Assembly (NCBI GenBank): GCA_031549085.1
Contig: JAVBQL010000002.1
Span: forward strand, 46,855-110,854
DNA from: Spirochaetota bacterium
GTDB lineage: Bacteria > Spirochaetota > GWE2-31-10 > MWDO01
Reading direction: 5' to 3'
DNA length: 64,000 nt
Shown: positions 18,600 through 28,320 of the stretch, in pieces
How positions within the stretch are numbered: the first letter of the stretch is position 1
How the letters are laid out: the number at the start of each line of letters is the position of its first letter
Notes under the pieces: generated by a model
Told to the model about the DNA's origin: nothing
Database searches by the model: none
What the model saw: only the letters and a program-made list of their open reading frames with translations
Program-made: the position numbers and the translations under genes

Positions 18600-20699
18600 A
18601 TGAGAACGGGGGGGATAGCACTAGTCATATTAACGCTTATTTTAGCAATGTCATGCGAGAGCAGCGGACAAGTAAAATCAGGTCAATTCAAAAGAAAAAA
18701 GGGTCCTGAAAGGGATAACAAAGTAGTATTAAAGAGAGTAGCAGATGAAAAAGCTCTTACACTTATTAATAGTGAAGAGATTATCAGCCCTGAAACAGAT
18801 GAGCAGTTCTACTCTTTCCTTCCAACAATTGATGATATCGCAGTTCCAGATCCATTTGCACTACTAACTGAAGAGGATGTTAAGAAAAAAGAGGAGCTTC
18901 TTAAATTCAGAATCTCTGGCTGGAGATATATAATTCCTCCGCCTGTAATTGGCTATGAATCTGAACATCTATACAAAAATAAGATAGTTATCTCAAAAGA
19001 GAGCGGCGATATTGATGATGCATACTTTATGCCAAAAATTGATGATAATATATTTGCATTAAATAAAATAGAGGCTGTAAAAACTCCGGTTTCATTAAGC
19101 TTGATAAAACATGAGAATGATTTTGAGAGACTTGCAGAGCTAATAAACAAAAAAGATGAGATAATGGCGGCTACTGGCGACCACTCTACTGAATTAGATC
19201 CTCATACACAATTGCAGTCAGAAACAGCTATTGCTTCAAATACTCCTGTTATAAACAATGATTCTAAAAATGGCTCTCTTGATACAGCAAACTCAACGAA
19301 AAATAGTTTAGCTTCTCAAAAAGATAATATAAAGAAGAATGATGGCCCTGTAAACAACGCAGATACTTTAGCTAAAAAAGATAATAAGAGTAATGAAAAG
19401 GTAGTCAGCTCTGTCGATTTGGCTAATAACACTCCAAAAACCGACAGCAATAAAAAAACGATATCTTCACAGCCAAAAGAGATTATATCAACCATGAATC
19501 AAAATGTCATTAGACCAAAAAATGAGACACCATATATCAATGACAATGCTATATCAAGCAACCTTGGAAATGGACAGAGAGAGAATGCGAATGGAAAACC
19601 AAATGTTGTGCTTAAGGGTAATGATAATCTTCAAATGAGACTATTGGTAAATAAGAGATTGAATAATGACGAGATTGCATTCTTGAAAAGCGAAGCAGAG
19701 AGCAGCAACATACCTCTTGACAAAATAGAAAATATCAATGTTAATGAGTCAGAGTTAAAGACTGTCTATGTAAGAGAAAATGATGAGTTTATTATATCAA
19801 TAGATAAGCCGGGTGCTATAATTAACAAGCTTGATCCAAAGCTAGTGAAGATGCTTGAGAGAAGAGCAAACAAGCAAAACACAGTCTTCTCCTTCTCAAC
19901 TTTGGCAGCAGGAAGTGTATCTATTGTATTTATTAGATATGATGATGATACAAATACATTGGTTAGAATCCCTTATGAGATAAAGATAAAGCCTAGAAAA
20001 CTATTTAAAGAGCCAAACAGTGACTCTACATTAGTAGAAAATGGAGATGGACTTACTGTTGTTGAAAATACACCAGAGAGAGAGCTCTCTATCCAAAAAA
20101 GTTTGGGAGATGACCTATTCTCTCAAAGAAAATATGGAGAGGCAAGAGTAGAGTATAAAAAAGTTTTAGAGAAAGACAAGAGCAATCCTGAAATTTTATA
20201 TAAACTTGGTGTTATTGAGGCCTTCTATGGCAACAACAATGACAGCTACAACTACTTCACAAAGGCATTGAATGAAAAAAATAACCCATACTATGGAGAG
20301 ACTTTGGCTGAAATAGTTGATACATTGAAGCAGCAAAGAAAATATCAAGAGGGAATAGAGACCTTCTATAAATATGCAATAAGGGATGATCTTTTAACGA
20401 ACGGCACAAGAGAGAAGTTGTATCTATTATTACCAGAACTATATGTTGGAATGAAAGATTTCACAATTGCATCAAGTGAATATAGAAGATTTTTAGAGAA
20501 CTATCCAAACTCTGCAAATTCAGATAAGGCTCTCTTCTACTTGGCATACTGCTTGGAGAACTTTAAGGTGAATCCAGATTTTAGAGAGTCAAAGAGACTC
20601 TATGAGCAGTTGATTAAACAGTATCCAGAATCAAGATATAGAGACAAATCAAAAGAGAGAGTTCTCCATATCGATAGACACTACCTACTGGTAAATTGA
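18600..20699 (+). CDS. lipoprotein with low-complexity central region and C-terminal TPR (YbgF/CpoB-like) domain
   Basis: ATG at 18600 follows a GAGGGGGGAG RBS. Lipobox LILAMSC. N/S/K-rich middle region. C-terminal TPR-like repeats (YKKVLEKDKSNPEILYKLG..., YRRFLENYPNSANSDKALFYLAYC, YEQLIKQYPESRYRDKS). Confidence 0.7.
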   Translation: MRTGGIALVILTLILAMSCESSGQVKSGQFKRKKGPERDNKVVLKRVADEKALTLINSEEIISPETDEQFYSFLPTIDDIAVPDPFALLTEEDVKKKEELLKFRISGWRYIIPPPVIGYESEHLYKNKIVISKESGDIDDAYFMPKIDDNIFALNKIEAVKTPVSLSLIKHENDFERLAELINKKDEIMAATGDHSTELDPHTQLQSETAIASNTPVINNDSKNGSLDTANSTKNSLASQKDNIKKNDGPVNNADTLAKKDNKSNEKVVSSVDLANNTPKTDSNKKTISSQPKEIISTMNQNVIRPKNETPYINDNAISSNLGNGQRENANGKPNVVLKGNDNLQMRLLVNKRLNNDEIAFLKSEAESSNIPLDKIENINVNESELKTVYVRENDEFIISIDKPGAIINKLDPKLVKMLERRANKQNTVFSFSTLAAGSVSIVFIRYDDDTNTLVRIPYEIKIKPRKLFKEPNSDSTLVENGDGLTVVENTPERELSIQKSLGDDLFSQRKYGEARVEYKKVLEKDKSNPEILYKLGVIEAFYGNNNDSYNYFTKALNEKNNPYYGETLAEIVDTLKQQRKYQEGIETFYKYAIRDDLLTNGTREKLYLLLPELYVGMKDFTIASSEYRRFLENYPNSANSDKALFYLAYCLENFKVNPDFRESKRLYEQLIKQYPESRYRDKSKERVLHIDRHYLLVN

Positions 20700-20721
20700 T
20701 AATATAATATGAAATTAGAGT

Positions 20722-20757
20722 AAAAAACTGGAGACCATTTAGGTCTCCAGTTTTTGT
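20722..20757 (+). terminator. Rho-independent terminator (bidirectional shape)
   Basis: AAAAACTGGAGACC-attta-GGTCTCCAGTTTTT. The 9-bp GC-containing stem is flanked by an A-run and a T-run, and it lies 23 nt after the TPR lipoprotein stop. Confidence 0.8.
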
Positions 20758-20939
20758 TTAAAAATATAGCTATTTAAAAAACTAAATACATCCCTCTTAA
20801 GAGATATTAGTTCTATATAAAAAAGAGCAAAAACAATTGATTTTTAGTGAAGATAGATTTATACTATAAATCTCTATTCATAAAAGGGAAGTGACATCTC
20901 TTGGATAGAGAAAAAGACTGTAAAAAACGCTAAACTAAA

Positions 20940-21285
20940 GCGGGGCTATTTTTTTTAAAGCTTCTGCTAGGTTTGGCATGAGCAAGCCCGTGATCGCATT
21001 GGGCTGGCTGCTCTTTTTTTACGGTCGAGAGTAGTCAGCATGTCAACGATGCTTTTGTGGGCTTGCTTGTATCGTATCTGTCCCTTCAATGTTCGTGGCA
21101 GAAATGGTAGGGCTCTAGGTTTTTATACTCTATTGCTGCAGAGTTATAAAATCCTATCCGTTTAATCTGAGTTCGTAAAGAACTCTTGGTTATTCCAAGC
21201 AGCCCCACAAAAGCATTGGCCATTTTTTTTAATCGTACTCTATTTGGTAGGTTGGTAAAGTCCTCTCCACCACTATTTTTTTTAA
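20940..21285 (+). other. GC-rich ORF-free island with hairpin + U-run units; candidate structured RNA(s), unclassified
   Basis: No ORF of 60 aa or more. Visibly higher G+C than the flanks. Hairpin 20980-21013 followed by U7. 19/21 complementary segments at 21049-21069 and 21196-21216, followed by U8. Further T8 runs at 20950-20957 and 21274-21281. Confidence 0.35.
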
Positions 21286-21298
21286 AAAAAGGGTTCTG

Positions 21299-22468
21299 CT
21301 ATCTTTTGCTCTCTATAATTTTTTTATAGACACCTTCAGTAAGCTCGGCTGTCCTTTTCCAAGAGAAATCTTTTACTCTCTTTTTACCCTTCTCTATCAT
21401 AGATTTTCTTAAATCATCATCATATACTACTCTCTCAATGCTACTCAATATTGATTCACTATTATATGGATCAAAATATGAGGCGGAATCAAGGGTTATC
21501 TCAGGAAAAGAGCTCTTGTTGCTGATAACAATTGGCGCTTCACAAGAGAATGCCTCCAAAATTGGTATTCCAAACCCCTCATATTGAGATGGAAAAACAA
21601 AGCACCTGCTATTTTTGTAGAGATATGCAAGAATATTATCATTAATCTTATCAAAAAAAATAACTTTATTATCAATACCTATATTTCTAAGTATATCAAG
21701 CTCCAAATCCTCTACCCTCTCCCCGCCAGCACAAACAAGATAGAGATCACTATCTCGCTTCAAAAGAGGGACTATAGAGTAGAGAAAAAAGTAGAAGTTT
21801 TTATATGCCCTTCTTGAACCAACAAAAAGGATATATTTTTCTGGAGCTTTTATAGAGAGAGCATTAAGATTTAAACTATCCATATCCATAGAGCTTCCAA
21901 GATAGGTAACAGTAATTTTATTCTCTGGGATATTATACAATCGCATCACATCTCTCTTTGTATTTTCAGAAACAGCCAATATATGAGAGGCTCTATTGGC
22001 CAACTCTCTCTTGTCATCTATGTCACCTGTCCTATAATTTGGATACCTATCACAAAAGAGCTCATGAATCATATCATGAATGGTAAGCACAAACGGTTTC
22101 TCTTCAAGGTAGTCAAGGAAATATCTTCTATAATAGGTTGGATGAAAGAGATCAAAATTCTGTTTTTTTAATGCCGATATTGAGTATTTTCTATTTTTCT
22201 TTTCATGCGGGTTGTTACAAATTTTATTAAAAACTTTTCTTAATGTGCTGTTTTTAAAAGAGGAGCTATTATAATTTTTTTCAATATATTTTATCTTATT
22301 CTCTTTTAATATATCTGAACCTTGCAAATAGAAATTATTTGTAAATTTCATTGCAAGTCTGCTTTCAAATTCGTCTTTGTTTCTATTTTTCATTATTTCA
22401 TAGAAGTATCTTGTTATACCGCCATACCTTTGCCATGTAAACATCTGATAGTCATATAAAATTTTCAT
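21299..22468 (-). CDS. glycosyltransferase family 4-like
   Basis: The C-terminal GT-B motif FVFPSQYEGFGIPILEAFSCEAPIV (E-x7-E). 4-nt overlap with the upstream GT. Confidence 0.8.
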   Translation of the reverse strand: MKILYDYQMFTWQRYGGITRYFYEIMKNRNKDEFESRLAMKFTNNFYLQGSDILKENKIKYIEKNYNSSSFKNSTLRKVFNKICNNPHEKKNRKYSISALKKQNFDLFHPTYYRRYFLDYLEEKPFVLTIHDMIHELFCDRYPNYRTGDIDDKRELANRASHILAVSENTKRDVMRLYNIPENKITVTYLGSSMDMDSLNLNALSIKAPEKYILFVGSRRAYKNFYFFLYSIVPLLKRDSDLYLVCAGGERVEDLELDILRNIGIDNKVIFFDKINDNILAYLYKNSRCFVFPSQYEGFGIPILEAFSCEAPIVISNKSSFPEITLDSASYFDPYNSESILSSIERVVYDDDLRKSMIEKGKKRVKDFSWKRTAELTEGVYKKIIESKR

Positions 22469-23874
22469 TTATCACTCTCTTTACTTTTGAATAATTTTTT
22501 AAATAATAGTTTAACAGCAACCATTATTAATTTTGGAAAATAGAGAAAATATAGTATTTTATAGGATTTTTTATTATAGATATTTTTACTCTCTATTTTT
22601 TTTGTTCCTCTAACATTATTAGCAACACGCTCCTCAAACAGCTTTTTATAGTTCAATGCCTGTGTTTTTAAAGAGAACATTTTATCAAAATCTTTTCCAG
22701 AATTACTTTGAAGCTCCTTTCTAAGCTGTTCATCAGTCAAAAGTTTAATTATGTTCTCTCCAAGCAGAGATGGATCTCCAAGCGGTGACAATAGTCCATT
22801 AAATCCATCTTTTACAACATCAGGTATACCGCCTATATCAAATGCAACAACTGGTGTCCCGCAGGCTAAAGATTCTATCATAATATTTGGAAGATTATCC
22901 TCTAATGATGGAAGAATTAAAAAGTCTGAAGCACTGTAGACAGTTGATAGAAGCTCATCATTATTAATGAATCCCATAGATCTTATTGGAATGTCCAAAT
23001 TTGCGAGCTCTTCACTTGGGTTACCAAAAATAATAATCTCTATCTTTTGCTCTCTTAAATACTCATTAAATAGCGAGCTCTTTTTGCAATAATCAAGTGC
23101 CAATAACAGCTCTCTAAAACCCTTTCTATTTTCACTATGATAGAATGTCCCAAAAAGGATTGCTACTCTTTCTTTATCAAGAGCAATCTTCTCTTTTGCA
23201 GACTCTTTTGACTGTATATAAAATATATCTGTCTCAAGACTATTTGGAATAGTTTCAACACCTATATTTTCAAAAATTCTACTCGATTTTGCCAAAGATG
23301 AGAGCCATCTGCTTGGGGTAATAACAGAGACATTTGATGCATTAAATGTGTCAAGTTTTTTATAAAAGAGACTCTTAATTATATGAAATCCATCTCTCTT
23401 TATCTGAGGACAATTATCACACTCATTTTCATATTTTTCACAAAAGGCACTATAATGGCATCCACCAGTAAGACTCCACATATCGTGAAAGGTAAATACT
23501 ACAGGTTTTCCAAGTTTAATAATCTTTGATATATCATCTATCGATAAAAAACTATTTATGAAGTGGATATTTATTATATCGGCCTCTTTAACCAATGGGT
23601 GGTTGGAGATATCACTCCCCATAAGAGCAAAAGAGAAGAGAGTATTTGAGAGATCAGTCCTATTATCTTTTAGGATCACAGAATCAAATCTCTCTTTAAA
23701 ATATTCAATAAAACCATTAGTTTTTGCCATAAAAATATTAGGCTCACTCTTTGCACATTTTTTCACAAGCATAGAGACATCCTCTTTTATTTCCAAGAGC
23801 CCCCTAAATAGTCTATATTGTGCTCTAGCTGCTCCGCCAGCTCTATCTGAGACACCCAATATTAAACATTTCAT
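22465..23874 (-). CDS. glycosyltransferase family 4-like
   Basis: N-terminal GVSDRAGGAARA and C-terminal PSLEDNLPNIMIESLACGTPVVAF (GT-B E-x7-E region). Its start shares one nucleotide with the upstream stop (TAATG). Confidence 0.8.
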   Translation of the reverse strand: MKCLILGVSDRAGGAARAQYRLFRGLLEIKEDVSMLVKKCAKSEPNIFMAKTNGFIEYFKERFDSVILKDNRTDLSNTLFSFALMGSDISNHPLVKEADIINIHFINSFLSIDDISKIIKLGKPVVFTFHDMWSLTGGCHYSAFCEKYENECDNCPQIKRDGFHIIKSLFYKKLDTFNASNVSVITPSRWLSSLAKSSRIFENIGVETIPNSLETDIFYIQSKESAKEKIALDKERVAILFGTFYHSENRKGFRELLLALDYCKKSSLFNEYLREQKIEIIIFGNPSEELANLDIPIRSMGFINNDELLSTVYSASDFLILPSLEDNLPNIMIESLACGTPVVAFDIGGIPDVVKDGFNGLLSPLGDPSLLGENIIKLLTDEQLRKELQSNSGKDFDKMFSLKTQALNYKKLFEERVANNVRGTKKIESKNIYNKKSYKILYFLYFPKLIMVAVKLLFKKLFKSKESDK

Positions 23875-24884
23875 TATTTATCTCCACCACTCTGCTTTTG
23901 CTTGAAAAAAGCTATGGAACTATTGCAAACTCTTAAAGCAAATCTATATAGAGTGCTTCTTAATTTTCTAAAGGCCCTAACAGGCAGCGATCTAAATAGG
24001 TAGATCGAATTTCTCTCAATTATTTTGTCTATATATTCTATGTTTTTTTCATCTATATGGTTATGAACCAGCGGGAATTTCATATCTCTAATTGGATACT
24101 CTATCCGATAATCTTTTCTACTGCCTTGATAGTTGGTTGAATCTACACCAAAACCGATATTATATATCAAATTACTCTTTGGAATTATGCATAAACCATC
24201 GTGAATAAGCAGATTATAGCTCCATTGATAGTCCCATGCGTCCATACCCTTCACATACATTCTGTCAAACATCATAAACCAATAATCTCGCTGAATTCTA
24301 TTTTTCAAGACTGGAAAGCTGTTTGGGTCCTTTTTTACACTATTCCAGTTGGTTAGATTTACATCAAAACTTTTCCAAGCTCGCCGCCACGTAGCCCACC
24401 CCCAAGTAAGCGAATAGTGGGAAAAAAAGTAGGAATATTTGCTGCCATCAAACTTATTTTTAAAAGGTGATGCGTCCCCAGAAATCGTCATGATTCGCTC
24501 ATCATCTCGATACTTCGTGAGAAGCTCTGCGCAGTAGGGAAAAAATGAGAGTGACGGAACACAGTCATCTTCTAAAATTATCCCCTCACTAACATTCTCA
24601 AAAAACCAATCTATTGCACCACTAACTGCAACCCTAGAACCAAGGTTCTTATCACGAAATAGTGTTTTAACCTCACAATCCCAATCAATCTCATTAACAA
24701 TAGAGCGAACCTCTTCACACCTCTCTTTTTCACCTGCCTTATGCTCGCGAGGGCCATCTGCACCTATATACAAATATTTAGGCCTTATCTTTTTGATAAC
24801 AGAGAAGACCTCCCTTGTAGTTGAGGGGCGATTGAAAACTAAAAATAGTATAGGGGTATCAAAAGTATCTATTTGCAACATCAA
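23874..24884 (-). CDS. GT-A fold glycosyltransferase (GNT-I / HlpA-like family), paralog 1
   Basis: LFLVFNRPSTTREVF...YIGADGPREHKAGE...ILEDDCVPS (DxD-like EDD)...WGWATWRRAW. First of three tandem paralogs. Confidence 0.75.
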   Translation of the reverse strand: MMLQIDTFDTPILFLVFNRPSTTREVFSVIKKIRPKYLYIGADGPREHKAGEKERCEEVRSIVNEIDWDCEVKTLFRDKNLGSRVAVSGAIDWFFENVSEGIILEDDCVPSLSFFPYCAELLTKYRDDERIMTISGDASPFKNKFDGSKYSYFFSHYSLTWGWATWRRAWKSFDVNLTNWNSVKKDPNSFPVLKNRIQRDYWFMMFDRMYVKGMDAWDYQWSYNLLIHDGLCIIPKSNLIYNIGFGVDSTNYQGSRKDYRIEYPIRDMKFPLVHNHIDEKNIEYIDKIIERNSIYLFRSLPVRAFRKLRSTLYRFALRVCNSSIAFFKQKQSGGDK

Positions 24885-24915
24885 AGCTCCGCAAAAATGG
24901 TCTGCAATTTAAAAA

Positions 24916-25863
24916 TTATTTTTTAGAACTGAAAATAGATAGAAAAAAATCTCTAAATATCCTAAGAATTCTCTTAAAAAAGACCCCATAAAGTTTTACT
25001 ATTATTCTATCTATTTTTAATATCTCTTTTTCATCAATATCTCTATGTTTCAAAGATAATTCAATATCAGTAATGGGAAACTCTATTCTATAATTTTTCA
25101 TAAAACCCTTATAGTGTGTTGAGTCTGAACCAAAGCCAATATTAGAGATCAAGTTGCTTTTTGGAATTATAGCCAAGCCACTATGAATCAAAACATTATA
25201 GCTCCACTGATAGTCCCATGTATCTATCTTTTTTTTATACATTTTATCAAAAATAGAGAACCAAAAACTTCTAACAAATCTGTTCTTTAAGATTGGAAAG
25301 CTTTTCTTATCTGTTTTCACTTCACTCCAGTTCGTCAAGTTTACATCATAGCTCTTCCAAGCACGCCGCCATGTAGCCCACCCCCAAATAAGCGGATAGT
25401 GTGAAAAAAAATAGGAGTATTTGCTCTTGTCAAACTTATGTTTGAAGGGAGAGGCATCTCCAGAGATTGTCATAACTCTATTGTCATCTCGATATTTTTC
25501 AAGAAGCTCTGCGCAGTAGGGAAAAAATGAGAGTGACGGAACACAATCATCTTCTAAAATTATACCCTCACTAACATTCTCAAAAAACCAATCTATTGCA
25601 CTGCTTATTGCCATTTTGCAGCCAAGGTTCTTATCACGAAATAGTGTTTTAACCTCACAATCCCAATCAATCTCATTAACAATAGAGCGAACATCTTCAC
25701 ACCTCTCTTTTTCACCTGCCTTATGCTCGCGAGGGCCATCTGCACCTATATACAAATATTTAGGCCTTATCTTTTTGATAGCAGAGAAGACCTCCCTTGT
25801 AGTTGAGGGGCGGTTGAAAATGAGAAATAATATTGGTGTATTAAAAAAATTATTAGATGACAA
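24916..25863 (-). CDS. GT-A fold glycosyltransferase (GNT-I / HlpA-like family), paralog 2
   Basis: Same motif set as paralog 1. Its N-terminal ~190 aa are nearly identical to paralog 3. Confidence 0.75.
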   Translation of the reverse strand: MSSNNFFNTPILFLIFNRPSTTREVFSAIKKIRPKYLYIGADGPREHKAGEKERCEDVRSIVNEIDWDCEVKTLFRDKNLGCKMAISSAIDWFFENVSEGIILEDDCVPSLSFFPYCAELLEKYRDDNRVMTISGDASPFKHKFDKSKYSYFFSHYPLIWGWATWRRAWKSYDVNLTNWSEVKTDKKSFPILKNRFVRSFWFSIFDKMYKKKIDTWDYQWSYNVLIHSGLAIIPKSNLISNIGFGSDSTHYKGFMKNYRIEFPITDIELSLKHRDIDEKEILKIDRIIVKLYGVFFKRILRIFRDFFLSIFSSKK

Positions 25864-25897
25864 CTACTACTCCATACAGTTTAAATAGTTTTTATAT

Positions 25898-26866
25898 TTA
25901 ATTATCTCTATTTAGGAATTTTAATTTTGATAAAATAAAACCACGTAACTTTCTAAAAAATCTTCTTATTGGTGATCTGAAAATAGATATAGCCCTTCTC
26001 TCAATAATTTTGTCTATATACTCTATCTTTTTTTCATCTATATGGTTGTTAACCAGTGGGAACTTCATATCTTTAATAGGAAACTCTATTCTATACTCCT
26101 TGTTGCCTCCAGTATAGTTGGTAGAATCCTCACCAAACCCAATGTTACTTATCAAATTGCTCTTTGGAATTATAGCCAAGCCACTATGAATCAAAAGATT
26201 ATAGCTCCACTGATAGTCCCATGTATCTACTTTTTTTTGAAACATTCTATTAAACATTTTAAACCAGTAGTCTCTTTGGATCTGATTCTTTAAGATTGGA
26301 AAACTTTTCTTATCTGTTTTCACTTCACTCCAGTTCGTCAAGTTTACATCATAGCTCTTCCAAGCACGCCGCCATGTAGCCCACCCCCAAATAAGCGGAT
26401 AGTGTGAAAAAAAATAGGAGTATTTGCTCTTGTCAAATTTATGTTTGAAGGGAGAGGCATCTCCAGAGATTGTCATAACTCTATTGTCGTCTCGATATTT
26501 GGCAAGAAGCTCTGCGCAGTAGGGAAAAAATGAGAGTGACGGAACACAATCATCTTCTAAAATTACCCCCTCACTAACATTCTCAAAAAACCAATCTATT
26601 GCACCGCTTATTGCCATTTTGCAGCCAAGGTTCTTATCACGAAATAGTGTTTTAACCTCACAATCCCAATCAATCTCATTAACAATAGAGCGAACATCTT
26701 CACATTTCTCTCTTTCACCTGCCCTATGTTCGCGAGGGCCATCTGCACCTATATACAAATATTTAGGCCTTATCTTTTTGATAGCAGAGAAGACCTTCCT
26801 TGTAGTTGAGGGGCGATTGAAAACTAGAAATAGTATAGGGGTATTAAAAGTTACTGCCAAAGACAT
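25898..26866 (-). CDS. GT-A fold glycosyltransferase (GNT-I / HlpA-like family), paralog 3
   Basis: Same motif set. The N-terminal two thirds resemble paralog 2. The C-terminal third (IQRDYWF, DMKFPLVNNHIDEKKIEYIDKIIER) resembles paralog 1. Confidence 0.75.
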   Translation of the reverse strand: MSLAVTFNTPILFLVFNRPSTTRKVFSAIKKIRPKYLYIGADGPREHRAGEREKCEDVRSIVNEIDWDCEVKTLFRDKNLGCKMAISGAIDWFFENVSEGVILEDDCVPSLSFFPYCAELLAKYRDDNRVMTISGDASPFKHKFDKSKYSYFFSHYPLIWGWATWRRAWKSYDVNLTNWSEVKTDKKSFPILKNQIQRDYWFKMFNRMFQKKVDTWDYQWSYNLLIHSGLAIIPKSNLISNIGFGEDSTNYTGGNKEYRIEFPIKDMKFPLVNNHIDEKKIEYIDKIIERRAISIFRSPIRRFFRKLRGFILSKLKFLNRDN

Positions 26867-26910
26867 CTAAACTCCAAAACAATCAGTGAATGTATAAGAT
26901 TCTAAAACTC

Positions 26911-27702
26911 TCACTGCACAAGAATAATATTTTCAACCCTCTCATAGAAATCATATCTTAACTCTTTTATAATATTATCAAATTCTCTTCTATCTTTTTC
27001 GCTATTTGCTATTATGCTATCATATGCAATACTAATATCTTTCTCTTTTGCAGAATATGTATTTAAGAGACTCCAGATAAGTTCTTTTTCCTCTTGATCT
27101 ATATATTTGTAAACCCTAGCCCAAAATAGATCATAAAAATCCACATTCTTAATAGACAGATCATAATTGACCATCTCTTTTTTTAATTCAATATCTGTTA
27201 ATTCATCAATTTGAGCACCGCTTTTTCTCTCTAAAGCATATCTCATTAAATTATTAATAGAGTTGCTTATATCTATAAGACCATTTTTGCTGATTCTTGT
27301 GAAGGTAAAAATTGAAGAGCTTGATGTATCTGTTTCAAAAGCTTTAAATAGCTTCAAGTCTCTTATTGAAGAGAAATTATCTTTTAGTAGAGTCTCTTCA
27401 TTGATGTTTTTATAATATAGAGAGCTGTTTGTCATTTTTATTAGATAAATTTTTTTATATGGCTCATTACCAATCTTCATATTCAAAATAGTAAAACTCT
27501 GCTGTGTAGTCTCTGCCTCTATTTTTAATATATTACTGATTGTTCTTTTAAAAATCTCTACACCATCAATAGTGAAGGAGATAGACTTTTTATCTAAAGA
27601 TTTAATTGTAGCAACAAATATTTGACCATTATTTAAAGATATTCTTTCAGAAAAAAGAGACAATGTTATAAAAAGGAAAATAAAAATAAAGGTTTTTTTC
27701 AC
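26911..27702 (-). CDS. hypothetical secreted protein
   Basis: Signal peptide MKKTFIFIFLFITLSLFS and no recognisable motifs. It sits in an operon position between the GT genes and the membrane protein. Confidence 0.55.
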   Translation of the reverse strand: MKKTFIFIFLFITLSLFSERISLNNGQIFVATIKSLDKKSISFTIDGVEIFKRTISNILKIEAETTQQSFTILNMKIGNEPYKKIYLIKMTNSSLYYKNINEETLLKDNFSSIRDLKLFKAFETDTSSSSIFTFTRISKNGLIDISNSINNLMRYALERKSGAQIDELTDIELKKEMVNYDLSIKNVDFYDLFWARVYKYIDQEEKELIWSLLNTYSAKEKDISIAYDSIIANSEKDRREFDNIIKELRYDFYERVENIILVQ

Positions 27703-27714
27703 TATTTTTATTAC

Positions 27715-28299
27715 CTATCCTTTATCTATCTTGTTGTTGCCCTGATTGTTAGCCTCTTTTGTTCTCATTTTATTAATTATATTATTATTGTAGATTATAT
27801 AAATTCCCAATGACATTATTGATATAGAGATAAAAAATAGTAAAAATGCTTTGAACTCAATTTTTATAATATTTAGGCTAAATAGAAGCATAATAATAGA
27901 TATAAAAGCAATAAAAATCGCAGGAATTATTATTCTTGGGTTTTTCCTTGGAAAAACAAAGCTATAAATTATAAAGGCTGTAGCTGGAAAGAGTCCAAAG
28001 ACAGGCCAAAATTTCTCTATAGGCATATACTTATTCAAGATAAATTCATACAACAATAAAAAAATCAATGTTAAAAGAGTTGCAACTCCAGGAATTACCA
28101 ACACTTTATATTTCTTATCTGTAAATCCCCAAATTATGCAATCAAAACATGGCAATAGAAGAAATATTGCAAAAGCATAAAATATAGAGATCTTCTCATT
28201 AAAAATAATTTTTAAGAGAAGAATCAAACCAATATAAAATATATAGAATCCAACCGCCTTTGAAGGTTTTAAAAAGCGGTTTTGAAAGATTTTAGCCAT
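27715..28299 (-). CDS. hypothetical polytopic membrane protein
   Basis: 194 aa with about 5-6 hydrophobic helices. It starts 22 nt downstream of the nuoF-like stop. Confidence 0.55.
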   Translation of the reverse strand: MAKIFQNRFLKPSKAVGFYIFYIGLILLLKIIFNEKISIFYAFAIFLLLPCFDCIIWGFTDKKYKVLVIPGVATLLTLIFLLLYEFILNKYMPIEKFWPVFGLFPATAFIIYSFVFPRKNPRIIIPAIFIAFISIIMLLFSLNIIKIEFKAFLLFFISISIMSLGIYIIYNNNIINKMRTKEANNQGNNKIDKG

Positions 28300-28320
28300 T
28301 ACGCTATCTACCTCTTGAAT

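Noticed and set aside
20940-21285. tmRNA (ssrA): the plus strand begins GGGGCUA and ends CUCUCCACCA, and the size is about 350 nt
   Set aside because: The putative acceptor strands give only 4 pairs. No T-arm (GGUUCGA-type loop) precedes the CCACCA. No GGAUUCGAC-like 5' element is present. I could find no plausible Ala-ending tag reading frame. Retained only as an unclassified structured island.
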